Shown: positions 1 through 9,004 of the stretch, piece by piece
Layout: the number at the start of each line of letters is the position of its first letter
Numbering within the stretch: position 1 is the first letter of the stretch
IMG/VR virus record: IMGVR_UViG_3300032243_000867
Coordinates: 192,001 to 256,000 of that record
Reading direction: 5' to 3' (one strand)
DNA: 64,000 bases
Origin: a virus
Lineage: Duplodnaviria; Caudoviricetes
The notes under the pieces: model-generated
The model's database searches: none
What the model was told of the DNA's origin: nothing
What the model saw: only the letters and a program-made list of their open reading frames with translations
Translations under genes and position numbers: made by a program

Positions 1-18
1 GACTTCTCGAACGAGACG

Positions 19-366
19 ATGAAGCAGCGTACGGCGCGTGCGTGGCGCACGGGTCAGGGTGAGCCCGTCGAGGAGTACACGATGGATGCCGTGTACGACG
101 ATGCGACGGGCAAGAGCGACCCGACGCTGGACGAGGCCCGGAAGTACGTTCAGGAGATTCAAGAAGAGGTCTTCAACGAGATCGTCCACAAATCCCGCGA
201 GGCCGAGCTCGGGAAAGAGTGGTCGGAAATGAGGGAGACTCAGGCCAGCATGGTCGAAGTGAATCGAAAACTCTTCGAGATGGCCCTCGCCCCGTACGTC
301 TCTGCGGTGGCCGATCACACCTACAACCAAGCCGTCACCAACCAGGCCGCGCCCCGCAACCCCTGA
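19..366 (+). CDS. Hypothetical protein (frame is open back to base 1, so possibly 5'-partial)
   Basis: ORF with genome-typical GC3-rich codons; no recognised domain. Confidence 0.6.
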   Translation: MKQRTARAWRTGQGEPVEEYTMDAVYDDATGKSDPTLDEARKYVQEIQEEVFNEIVHKSREAELGKEWSEMRETQASMVEVNRKLFEMALAPYVSAVADHTYNQAVTNQAAPRNP

Positions 367-386
367 ACCTCCCGTAAGGTAAAGCC

Positions 387-656
387 ATGAACGAACTCGA
401 ATACCCGGTGACCCTGGAGGAGTGGCAGGCGTACGTCGATGCCATCCCCAGCGACGAAGAGCTCTACGACAACGCCCTCGCGTTCGGCTCGATGAAGTTC
501 GCGCAGAAGCTCATGTCCGAGGGCTACAACGCCGAGGACATCTCTTCGATCCGCACGATGGTCGCGAAGAAGATGGTGGACGACACCGTCGCCCCGCCCG
601 GTCGCGTGGGGTCGTGCGTGATCGACTACCGCGAGCTCGCGAACTTCCCGTTCTGA
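387..656 (+). CDS. Hypothetical acidic protein, 89 aa
   Basis: ORF preceded by GTAAGGT; typical codon usage. Confidence 0.65.
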   Translation: MNELEYPVTLEEWQAYVDAIPSDEELYDNALAFGSMKFAQKLMSEGYNAEDISSIRTMVAKKMVDDTVAPPGRVGSCVIDYRELANFPF

Positions 657-693
657 CCCCACCCCCTATCCGTTCTATCGCCCGCGCGCGGTG

Positions 694-1296
694 ATGGATC
701 CCATCACCGCTGCGGACGACAACGAGCCCACGAACCCGAAGCTCTGGGAGAAGTGCCAAGACGTAGCGAAGTCTCGCTACACCAAGTGGCCCAGTGCCTA
801 CGCGGTCGGGCACGCCCTCAAGCTCTACAAGGACGAGGGGGGTGGGTGGAAGAAGACCGCCAGCGCCGCCCGTGTCGCGTCCCGCTACCTGTCCGCCAAG
901 GGTAAGGCCAAGAAGGACGTAGGTCACGGGGGCCTCGACGAGTGGTTCAGCGGCCACGGTCAGGGCAAGGGCAAATCACCCGGTGAGGCGCGGTGGGGAG
1001 ATTGGGTGGCGATCTCGCCCGTGAAGCGCACGATCACCCGCGAGGACGGGACCAAGAAGACCTACGAGCCCGGTGACATCATTGGGCCGTGCGGCGACCT
1101 CACGGACGACCCCGACTGGAAAGACCTCACCCGGGGCGGCAAGACCCCTTTCAAGTGCATGGCCCGACCCAAGGCCCACGACATGGCTAAGGGCGAACGC
1201 GCTGACAAGGCCCGCGAGAAGATGCGCGTGCAGGAGAAGGCCCCCAAGGGCAAGAAGCCCGTGAACACGCCGACGTTCAAGGACGACGGGGACTAG
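694..1296 (+). CDS. Basic Lys-rich phage protein, two modules split by KKTA/RVASRYL
   Basis: WPSAYA..YK..GGGW and GLDEWF..WV.I motifs; CTAT box upstream. Confidence 0.65.
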   Translation: MDPITAADDNEPTNPKLWEKCQDVAKSRYTKWPSAYAVGHALKLYKDEGGGWKKTASAARVASRYLSAKGKAKKDVGHGGLDEWFSGHGQGKGKSPGEARWGDWVAISPVKRTITREDGTKKTYEPGDIIGPCGDLTDDPDWKDLTRGGKTPFKCMARPKAHDMAKGERADKAREKMRVQEKAPKGKKPVNTPTFKDDGD

Positions 1297-1313
1297 CGGT
1301 TTCCCGCCTATCG
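1297..1313 (+). promoter_or_regulatory. CGGTTTCCCGCCTAT / CGTTCTATC box, putative late promoter (representative copy)
   Basis: Related copies at 670-680, 3311-3321, 8590-8599, 9575-9583, 11658-11674, 24337-24352, 26351-26367, 36738-36748 and (-) 57981-57990. Confidence 0.55.
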
Positions 1314-1418
1314 CGGCGTCTCTAGCTAGGTAGATCGGCCCTGTCCGGGGTTGTGCCCCGGCCAAGCGTTAGCTTTCAACCTCGGCGTTAGGTCGCCAGA
1401 CAACCGCAGGAGAACTTC

Positions 1419-2519
1419 ATGGGCATCTTTGCAGCAGTCGGAGCGACCGAACAGACGGCTCTCAATCAAGTGGGCGCGGCCCCGAACCGCTCTGTCCCCA
1501 CCGTGGTGTGGGCTCCCTTCAGCGACCCGCTTCCCACCGGGGCGGTGGCGACGTGGGGCGAGGCCGTGGCGGCGGTGCAATCGAGCTCCGCACCCGAGAC
1601 CAGCATCTACATCTTCAACCCGTCGCAGGACGACGTGTACCTCCCGCCGGGGGAGTGGCACCTCAACAACACCACCATCGTGGGCGTGTCCTACGGCTGG
1701 GACGACTACGACTACAGCTTCCGCCCCTACCAGTACCTTCAGTACCTTGAAGCGGACGGCGGCTACGAGTGGCCGTGCCACATCTACGGGTGCGCGGGCC
1801 TCAAGAACATTTTCTTCCGCGGGCAAGGAAGCGGGACGGCGACGTACACAACGTCCGCCTTCACGATGCCCAACGTGGGCGATACCGCCACCGTGACCGT
1901 GGACAACTTCGTCAACGGCTTCGTCGCGGGCGTGCTCGTCATCATCGACAACGCGGGCGCGTTCGAGATCGACTCGGTGTCCGCCGAGACTTCGACCCTC
2001 ACGATTCGCAATCTGGGCTGGGACGGGAACGCCTCGCCCGGTGACCCGATTAGCGACGAGCAGGACGTGACCCTCGACACGTCGGTGTTCCAGTGCCGCA
2101 CCTACGAGGGCACGGACACGACCTTCACGCTCGACAACTGTGACTTCCGCTTCGGCAACTATCAAGCTGGTAGCTTCGCGGTTTACGCGAACGCCACCCT
2201 GTACCTGCGTCTGAAGAACGGCACGGCGATTCGCTGGTACGCCTTCTTCGTGGTGGGCAGCGCCGTCGTGCAGACGGACGGGTCGCCCTGCTGGATCGGC
2301 AACGACACGTTCTTCGGCCCCGGCTACCTCGCCACGTTCCCGGCCCCCGGCACCTACGTCCGTGAGAACCAAGATGTGGGGGAGTGGGACCAGTACCAGA
2401 GCTTCACCACCTACTACCCGGACAACTCGTCGGATTGGGGCGGCAGCACCCAGATGAGCGTCCACGAAGCCCTCGACCGCCTCGCCGCCGCGTGTGTCGC
2501 GGGCGGGCACACCCCCTGA
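1419..2519 (+). CDS. Putative virion fibre/beta-rich structural protein
   Basis: AGGAG RBS; Thr/Gly/Asn/aromatic-rich; C-terminal YYPDNSSDW..SVHEALDRLAA resembles fibre termini. Confidence 0.55.
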   Translation: MGIFAAVGATEQTALNQVGAAPNRSVPTVVWAPFSDPLPTGAVATWGEAVAAVQSSSAPETSIYIFNPSQDDVYLPPGEWHLNNTTIVGVSYGWDDYDYSFRPYQYLQYLEADGGYEWPCHIYGCAGLKNIFFRGQGSGTATYTTSAFTMPNVGDTATVTVDNFVNGFVAGVLVIIDNAGAFEIDSVSAETSTLTIRNLGWDGNASPGDPISDEQDVTLDTSVFQCRTYEGTDTTFTLDNCDFRFGNYQAGSFAVYANATLYLRLKNGTAIRWYAFFVVGSAVVQTDGSPCWIGNDTFFGPGYLATFPAPGTYVRENQDVGEWDQYQSFTTYYPDNSSDWGGSTQMSVHEALDRLAAACVAGGHTP

Positions 2520-2538
2520 TCCAAGGAGACCCCCGACC

Positions 2539-2772
2539 ATGACTACCCGCACCCCCCGTGAGAAGGCCACCCCGTTCGTCTATGTGATGGGCGACGCCGC
2601 CAAGACCCCCGTGGACCCCAAGACCCAGCCCGTGGGCACCGTTCTGGTGTTCGTGTCGGAGTGGGGACAGGAGACCCCGGCGGTCAAGGGCAAGACCGTC
2701 ACGAAGGATCAAGCCGCGCGCGACGCGAGCCTCGCCGCCGCGAAGGCCAAGCCCGCTGGCTACGAGGGCTGA
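2539..2772 (+). CDS. Small hypothetical protein
   Basis: AAGGAG at 2523, ATG 2539. Confidence 0.6.
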   Translation: MTTRTPREKATPFVYVMGDAAKTPVDPKTQPVGTVLVFVSEWGQETPAVKGKTVTKDQAARDASLAAAKAKPAGYEG

Positions 2773-2797
2773 TCCCCCGCCCACGGTCGTTTCATGC

Positions 2798-2806
2798 GGG
2801 CGTAAC
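2798..2806 (+). promoter_or_regulatory. GGGCGTAA(C/T/A) motif, putative -10 element (representative copy)
   Basis: Also on the - strand at 10317-10325, 35921-35929, 36483-36491, 43570-43578, 59356-59364, 60464-60472, 63528-63536. Confidence 0.65.
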
Positions 2807-2813
2807 TCCCCGC

Positions 2814-3293
2814 ATGGAACGACCGCACCCCGCCGACGACCCCGCCCTTGAACCCATCAGGGCTGCGATCCGCAAACTCCCCCCGTATCCGTTCGCCGTC
2901 TACGGCGATTCGGTGATGACCGACTACACCGCCGGGTTGAAGGCGTGCGAGACGCCCGAAGCCCTGCGCGAGTTCGTCGCCCGCTGGGCACCCCTGTGGA
3001 CGATCAATTTCCGTGAGCCGGATGTCACCTCCGTTGAAGAAATGTCCCTCGCGGAAGGCACCTTCGACGAGGGCGAAGTGTTCGCGGCGATGGCCACCCT
3101 TCGACAAGAGTCCAGCACCGACGAAGCTAGAAACGAGCTCGACCGTCTGATGCAGGACAGCCTTCCGCACCGCACGGCGATGAACGCCCTCATGCCCCGC
3201 GCGATGATTGAGATGACCATCGTCGCGAATCACTTCGGTGCGCCCGTGAACGTGGCCTGGATTCAGGCTTCGGGCCTCGTCGAGCTCTTCTAA
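2814..3293 (+). CDS. Hypothetical protein
   Basis: ATG 7 nt after GGGCGTAAC motif. Confidence 0.65.
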   Translation: MERPHPADDPALEPIRAAIRKLPPYPFAVYGDSVMTDYTAGLKACETPEALREFVARWAPLWTINFREPDVTSVEEMSLAEGTFDEGEVFAAMATLRQESSTDEARNELDRLMQDSLPHRTAMNALMPRAMIEMTIVANHFGAPVNVAWIQASGLVELF

Positions 3294-3344
3294 CGACCCC
3301 CCGCCCCTAACCGTTCTATCCCCCGCCGTCTGTAGGCCACACCT

Positions 3345-3401
3345 ATGGACAGACTCGCTTGCGTCATTGCTGCTGGTGTTTGGGACGGGGATTCATGCTG
3401 A
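3345..3401 (+). pseudogene. Stranded 5' copy (MDRLACVIAAGVWDGDSC*) of the gene restarting at 4069
   Basis: 9/13 identity to RTACIIAAGEWGG at the start of the 4069 ORF; lies right after the CTAT box and GTAGG. Confidence 0.7.
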
Positions 3402-3463
3402 CCCTGAATCTCACACCACGACGGTCTCTTCCATCATCCCCGTGGGTACCAAACAGAACCCAC

Positions 3464-4072
3464 ATGGATACTGGCGGATTGTATCTCCTGTGGCTTTCGG
3501 ACTCCCACTACTACGGGGGTAGAGCCAGGTGTTTCAATGAGCGGTGGCAAGGCCACCTCAAGGCCCTTCGGCAAGGCAAGCACTGCAACCCTTGGATGCA
3601 GCGGTTGTACAATATCCACAAGATGTTTGAGCCCGAGGTGTGCCTGGAACTTCCAACGGGTGGGGATCATCAGGCTGCGGAACAAGCCTGGATTGATGAG
3701 AACTACGGGAAGCCGGGTTGCGTGAATCTCAGTCGGGCCGCCGATGGTGGTGCCATGACCGGACGAAGGCACACCGCGGAGACCCGGGCCAAGATGTCCG
3801 CTTCGCGGAAGGGTAAGCCAACCAAGGCTCCGTCCCTAGAAACTCGGGCCAAGATGTCGGAGTCAGGTCGAAAGAGGGCCAAGATTTTCGGGGTGAGCCG
3901 TCCTCACACGGAAGACACCAAGGCGAAGATGTCGTCTTCTCATAAGGGGCTTGTGTTCACAGAAGAGCACAAGCTCAATATGTCTCTGAATCACGCGAGC
4001 AAAAGGGACCCGGAAGGTTACAGGGAAAAACTGCGGGCCGCTTGGTCTAGGAAAAAGGGAGTCACGCCGTGA
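3464..4072 (+). mobile_element. Free-standing GIY-YIG homing endonuclease with NUMOD3 repeats
   Basis: GLY..YYGGRA..F..RW..H...L..GKH.N N-terminus; HTAETRAKMS-type repeats; lower-GC codon usage. Confidence 0.85.
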
Positions 4073-6186
4073 ATTCCAGAACCGCATGTATCATCGCCGC
4101 AGGAGAGTGGGGAGGAAAGCGTGCTCTGTTGAAGTCGAGGGACCGCAACTACACCCCCGAGGTCACCCTCGTCCGCGAGCTCCTCGACGGCGTCGAGGTC
4201 GCGTATATGCGCGATGACGTGACGGGGTGGTGCGAGGGCATGAACGAGCATGGCATCGGGATTACCAACGCGGCGCTCGCCGTGGGGATCGACGAGGCCG
4301 AAGGAAAACTCGTCAAAGTCACGGGCAAGACGACGAAGGACGGCAAACGAATCCTCAAGGCTCTATCCTGCGACAACCTCGACGATGCCGTCGAGTCCGT
4401 CTGCGAGTTCATGGGGGGCTTGAAGGGGCACACGTTCGTATCGACCCCCAACAAGGTGCTCTGTATCGAGCAGACTCGGGAGCACGAGTGCCGGGTGATG
4501 GAACTGAACCCGGAGGATGTTCACGTCCGTACCAACCACGGCCACTACCACACAGACGCCGGGTACACGGAGGGGAAGGATTACGTCTCGTCGGTGATCC
4601 GCCGCGAGAAGGCGCTTCTCACCCTTCGCGATTTGGAGAGTCACCTTGATCTCGGCCCCGGTCTGATGAAGGGCCGGATGAAGGATCGGAACGATCCGAA
4701 CAACATGGTGCGGGACACGAACAATATGTCCACCACCTCCCAGATGGTGATGAACCTCACGGATCGGGAGGCAGTCTTCTACGTCATCCCCGGCAAGATG
4801 GACTACGAGGGGATAGAAGACAACCTCCCTGACGGTTACTCACCGAAGATCAAGATCAAAGTGTTCAGCTACCGCAACGGAGGCAAGGAGCTCGTGGAAC
4901 TCTCCCTAAAGACGGGGTTGCGCCGGAAGTCCGTGGACCCGGTGAAGCTCGCTTCCCGGTACCTGATGGCATCCTCGGCACACGCCAAGTCCATCGCGTT
5001 GATGAGTTTTCTGTCTGAGGTGGCCCGTGACGCTGGCGTCGCCCGACACGTCTACGTCGTCGGCGGTGCCGTGCGGAACTTCATCCTCGGTGTGCCCATC
5101 AAGGACATCGACGTGGTGGTGGACTCCGTGTCGGCGGGCCGGGATTCAGAGTGGTTCGCCCGAAAGGTGGTGGACGCCATCCCTGTCCCGACGAACCTCG
5201 CGACCAACCAGTACGGGGTGGGGATCCTCACCGTGAAGGGGGAGTGGCTGCTCGACGGGATCAACCTGAAGGGCGAGGTGATCGAGATCGCCAACGCCCG
5301 CAAGGAGTCCTACGAGGGTGCGGGGGGCAAGGGATACAAGCCCACGGACGTGTCCCCCGCGACCATTGAAGAGGATGTGTTCCGCCGAGAGTTCACGTTC
5401 AACACCCTGCTGTGGCGGATGCATGACCTCGCCAACGGCCCTGACAAGGCCGAAGTGATTGACCTCACGGGGCTGGGTCGTCAGCACCTTGAGCAGAAGC
5501 TCATCTCGACGCCCGTGGACCCCGACAAGACCTTCAGCGACGACCCGACTCGGATGCTCCGGGTCTTGAAGTTCTTGCTGCGGTATGACTTGACCATCTC
5601 GCCCGATGCTATGGCCTCTGTGAGGCGCAACGCCGCGAAGCTCAAGAATATGCCGTGGGAAGCTGTCGGGAACATCCTCGTCGGGGACATCCTCAAGTCA
5701 CCCAAGGCGACGATGGGCCTCAAAGTGATGCGTTCCCTTGGCCTACTCGACGTGATCGTCGAGATGGTGCAAGAGAACCCCCCGTTCGCGGCATACCTCA
5801 CCAAGCAACTGGCGAACGGCAACCATACGGTCGAGCTCTTGTTGGAGCTTGCCGACATCGGGATCGCGGGGAGGGTGCTGGACTTTTTGACGCCGAACGA
5901 GCGCGAGCAGTTCAAGCAGAACACCAGCGGATGGTCCAGTGACGAGGCAAGGAAGTACCTTGAAGCCCTGCGGAAACCCGCAGTGGACAACATGGCGCTC
6001 ATTCAAGAGTTCTCGTTGACGGGCAGGGCTCGCGCGAGCCTTGTCCCCATTGCTCGCGAGTTCCTCCTGTCGGACCCGAACTTGGCCGACCAAGACGTGA
6101 AACTCAACGACCGCGTGCGAGAGAGGCTCCGCGCATCCCCCGTCCGTGTCGCCCAACGGTTCGCTCGTCTATCGAGCCAACACTAG
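4069..6186 (+). CDS. Fusion of an Ntn-hydrolase (peptidase C45/AAT-like) and a CCA-adding/poly(A)-polymerase-family nucleotidyltransferase
   Basis: N-half: C-IIAAG, KSRDR, EGMNEHGIGITNAAL, RTNH. C-half: VYVVGGAVRN..DIDVVV, EIANARKE, EDVFRREFTFN, DDPTRMLRVLKF. Confidence 0.85.
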   Translation: MNSRTACIIAAGEWGGKRALLKSRDRNYTPEVTLVRELLDGVEVAYMRDDVTGWCEGMNEHGIGITNAALAVGIDEAEGKLVKVTGKTTKDGKRILKALSCDNLDDAVESVCEFMGGLKGHTFVSTPNKVLCIEQTREHECRVMELNPEDVHVRTNHGHYHTDAGYTEGKDYVSSVIRREKALLTLRDLESHLDLGPGLMKGRMKDRNDPNNMVRDTNNMSTTSQMVMNLTDREAVFYVIPGKMDYEGIEDNLPDGYSPKIKIKVFSYRNGGKELVELSLKTGLRRKSVDPVKLASRYLMASSAHAKSIALMSFLSEVARDAGVARHVYVVGGAVRNFILGVPIKDIDVVVDSVSAGRDSEWFARKVVDAIPVPTNLATNQYGVGILTVKGEWLLDGINLKGEVIEIANARKESYEGAGGKGYKPTDVSPATIEEDVFRREFTFNTLLWRMHDLANGPDKAEVIDLTGLGRQHLEQKLISTPVDPDKTFSDDPTRMLRVLKFLLRYDLTISPDAMASVRRNAAKLKNMPWEAVGNILVGDILKSPKATMGLKVMRSLGLLDVIVEMVQENPPFAAYLTKQLANGNHTVELLLELADIGIAGRVLDFLTPNEREQFKQNTSGWSSDEARKYLEALRKPAVDNMALIQEFSLTGRARASLVPIAREFLLSDPNLADQDVKLNDRVRERLRASPVRVAQRFARLSSQH

Positions 6187-6199
6187 GAAGAGATACCAA

Positions 6200-6913
6200 A
6201 TGGCAATCTACACATCCATCGGCGCGACCCCCGAGACGGCCCGCGCCATGATCGACGCCGTGGGGCCGACCCCCGACCAACAAACCCCCGCCCCGGGCGT
6301 CGGTGACGTTCTCTCTTGGAACGGGACAAACTGGGTGCCCGGTGCAACGGCCCCGGCGGGCTCCCTCCAGATGTACGCGGGTGCGACCGCCCCCTTCGGC
6401 TACCTTCTGTGCAACGGGGCGGCGGTCAGCCGCACGACCTATGCGGCTCTGTTCGCGGTGATCGGGGCGACCTACGGTGGCGGCGATGGGCTCAACACCT
6501 TCAACCTCCCCGACCTCCGTGGTCGCGGCCCTATCGGTGTCGGTACGGGCGCGGGTCTTACCGCACGGGTGCTAGGCGGGACGGGCGGCGCGGAGACGGT
6601 CACCCTCGACGCGACGACCATCCCGGGCCACACGCACACCGGCACGACGGACTCCAACGGGTCGCACGCGCACACGTCGAACGCCACGGGCGGTCAGGGA
6701 AACTACGGCCTCGCCCTCGCGGACGGTACCAACACGGTGACTTCGACGGACCCCAGCGCCGGGGAGCTCAACGTGTGGACCGTCCCGGCGGCGCTGTCCA
6801 TCGACGCGAACGGGGCGCACACGCACACGTTCACCACGGGTTCGACGGGCGGTGGCAGCGCGCACGCCAATATGCAGCCGTGGCTCGCCGTGAACTTCAT
6901 CATCAAGACGTGA
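6200..6913 (+). CDS. Phage tail-collar domain protein
   Basis: GSLQMYAGATAPFGYLLCNGAAVSRTTYAALFAVIG.TYG.GDG..TFNLPDLRGR; HTH/HAH repeats; NMQP.LAVNFIIK end. Confidence 0.92.
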   Translation: MAIYTSIGATPETARAMIDAVGPTPDQQTPAPGVGDVLSWNGTNWVPGATAPAGSLQMYAGATAPFGYLLCNGAAVSRTTYAALFAVIGATYGGGDGLNTFNLPDLRGRGPIGVGTGAGLTARVLGGTGGAETVTLDATTIPGHTHTGTTDSNGSHAHTSNATGGQGNYGLALADGTNTVTSTDPSAGELNVWTVPAALSIDANGAHTHTFTTGSTGGGSAHANMQPWLAVNFIIKT

Positions 6914-6915
6914 CC

Positions 6916-8589
6916 ATGAACCACCGCCGCACCCGAACCGCCGACGTGCCCAAGAAGTACGAGCACATCGATTTCAAGCCCCCGCAGTCGGTGGCCGACG
7001 AGGCCGAGAAGGGCCTTGAGTACCGGGAGAAGGCCAGCCCGTCGAACAAGGGCGGGCTCACCCCGGCGGAAGCGGCCAAGCAGGGCATCGGTAGTGGGGT
7101 GCAGCGTGCGGTGAACCTCAAGAACCGCGACAACACCTCCCCCGAGGTCATCAAGCAGATGGCGGCGTTCTTCTCGCGCCACGAGAAGAACAAAGGTGTC
7201 TCTCCCGAGCACAAGGGGGAACCTTGGAACGACAAGGGCAACGTCGCGTGGTTGATCTGGGGCGGCGACTCCGGGCGGGCGTGGGCTGAAAAGGTGAAGA
7301 AGCAGATGGAAACCGCTGACGAGAAGGCGAAGAAGAAGGCTGATATCTCCCCGCCGCTGGGCGTGAAGGGTGGCCCGTGCAAGGTGGTCGAGAGGATCAA
7401 CAACGCCATTCGCAACCCCTCCATGCGGACCGACCTCATCGAGGATGCCCAGACGGGAGACCTGTCAAATCAAGACGCCCGAAAGGTCTACCCACTCGAC
7501 ACGGAGAGCGGGTCTGGGTTCAAGAGTTTCACCATCCTGCCCCATGCCCAGTTCCGCATGGATTACCGATCCATCACGGTCAAGGACGTGGAGGCGGCGC
7601 TCAACTCCTTCATCGTCCACGCGCAGGGTCTACAGAGGTCGAACCCTCGCCAGTACGAAGCTTTGATGGCGCAAGACAAGATCGAATGGATCGACCCCAA
7701 GACGCGCCTGAAAATCGTCTTCGCCACCGACGCAGGGCGCATCGAGATCGTCACCGTGTTCTGGAAGGGTCGGCAAGATCCTCCCCCTGCCGTCTGCGAG
7801 ACGCCTTTCAGGAACCTTGCCCGTCGCGTCGCAGCCCAACACCAGATGAAGGATCTGACCTCCGTGACCGAGTACGAACCCCCCTTTCAAGTTATCGAGG
7901 CCGAGCTCACGGTGCTGGAATCCCTCTGGTCGGACATCCAAGCGGTGCTCGATACCTACGCGGAGACGGTGCCCATGCCGCACGTCGGGCGCATCGCCGC
8001 CGCCGACCTCGCCCTGCACTCGCAGACGGAGGTGTTCGTCAAGTGCGAGCACGCGATGCGACACGCGGAGCGTGTAGTCAATATGTGTCGCACGCAGCTT
8101 CAACTCAGCCCCGGCAACGAGACGGTTTCCTCGTTCCTGCGGGACGCGCAGATGTTGTATGACCGCTTCTCGGAGGGGCGTGCGGCGGCGCGGGAAGTTC
8201 TCTCCGCGATGAGCCAGAAGATCCTGCCCGTTGCGCTGAAAAGCATCGTCGCGGAGGCGGTAGACGCCGTGAAGGCCGTCACCCGGTACCCGAACAGCGT
8301 GACCGTGAAGATTCACGCCCACATGGCCCCGGTGGAGCTCAACAACGGGGTGGTGTCGGCGCAGGTCTTCGACGCCTACGTCACCGTCTACCCGCTGCCG
8401 AAGGACGAATCCCCCGCCTACCAGCAGCTCGTGTTCACTCAACGCACCCTCGGCGACACCAACGTCTACCTCACGGTGATCGACCGCACGAACGCGGAAG
8501 CCCCCGCCAAGCCCGTGAAGGTCACGGACGGGGAGACCGCCGCCAAGAAGATCCTCGCCTCCCTCAAGGGCTGGTCGGGCTTCGTTTGA
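6916..8589 (+). CDS. Multi-domain putative head protein: head-associated domain + DUF4258-like RNase domain + C-terminal domain
   Basis: PPQSVADEAEKGL..GGLT..QMAAFFSRH..AWLIWGGDSGRAW; HAQFRMDYRSITVKDVEAAL..KIVF..IVTVF. Confidence 0.65.
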   Translation: MNHRRTRTADVPKKYEHIDFKPPQSVADEAEKGLEYREKASPSNKGGLTPAEAAKQGIGSGVQRAVNLKNRDNTSPEVIKQMAAFFSRHEKNKGVSPEHKGEPWNDKGNVAWLIWGGDSGRAWAEKVKKQMETADEKAKKKADISPPLGVKGGPCKVVERINNAIRNPSMRTDLIEDAQTGDLSNQDARKVYPLDTESGSGFKSFTILPHAQFRMDYRSITVKDVEAALNSFIVHAQGLQRSNPRQYEALMAQDKIEWIDPKTRLKIVFATDAGRIEIVTVFWKGRQDPPPAVCETPFRNLARRVAAQHQMKDLTSVTEYEPPFQVIEAELTVLESLWSDIQAVLDTYAETVPMPHVGRIAAADLALHSQTEVFVKCEHAMRHAERVVNMCRTQLQLSPGNETVSSFLRDAQMLYDRFSEGRAAAREVLSAMSQKILPVALKSIVAEAVDAVKAVTRYPNSVTVKIHAHMAPVELNNGVVSAQVFDAYVTVYPLPKDESPAYQQLVFTQRTLGDTNVYLTVIDRTNAEAPAKPVKVTDGETAAKKILASLKGWSGFV

Positions 8590-8632
8590 CCGTCTATCCC
8601 CCCCCCCACCCCGTAGGGAAGGTTCCATCTCA

Positions 8633-9001
8633 ATGAGCGACCAAGCACTTCGTTCCAAGCTGATCCGTCTGGCTCACAACAACCCGGAGCTCCGTCCGCA
8701 TCTCATGCCCCTGCTGGGCAAAACGGCAGGACCGTTCGAGTCAGTCGATTCGAGCAAGTCGGATTACGGGGCGGCGCAGAGAGCCATGAACGACGCCATC
8801 GCCTACCTGCGGATGGCTGAAGAAAACGCGAGCAAAGCGTTCGACCACGCCATCGACGGGGCCGAACAGAACCCCGGGCAGGGTCATAACCTCTTGGTCA
8901 AGAGCATTGCCCAGGTCCACGACGCCCTGGAGGACTGCCGTCGCTCGCAGAGCCGTCCGATGCACGAAGCCTTTGAGGCTCTGACGAACCTCGCCCGCTA
9001 A
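8633..9001 (+). CDS. Helical protein with LRSKLIRLAH leader
   Basis: Leader shared with the 33196 and 38299 ORFs; CTAT box upstream. Confidence 0.7.
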   Translation: MSDQALRSKLIRLAHNNPELRPHLMPLLGKTAGPFESVDSSKSDYGAAQRAMNDAIAYLRMAEENASKAFDHAIDGAEQNPGQGHNLLVKSIAQVHDALEDCRRSQSRPMHEAFEALTNLAR

Positions 9002-9004
9002 CGA

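Noticed and set aside
3401-4130. Group I intron around the first GIY-YIG gene
   Set aside because: Only about 60 nt of non-coding space, no recognisable P7 core, and a complete replacement start exists downstream
8598-8607. C10 homopolymer as a phase-variation switch
   Set aside because: Intergenic, a single instance, and other CTAT boxes are also followed by C-rich tracts; may be an assembly artefact
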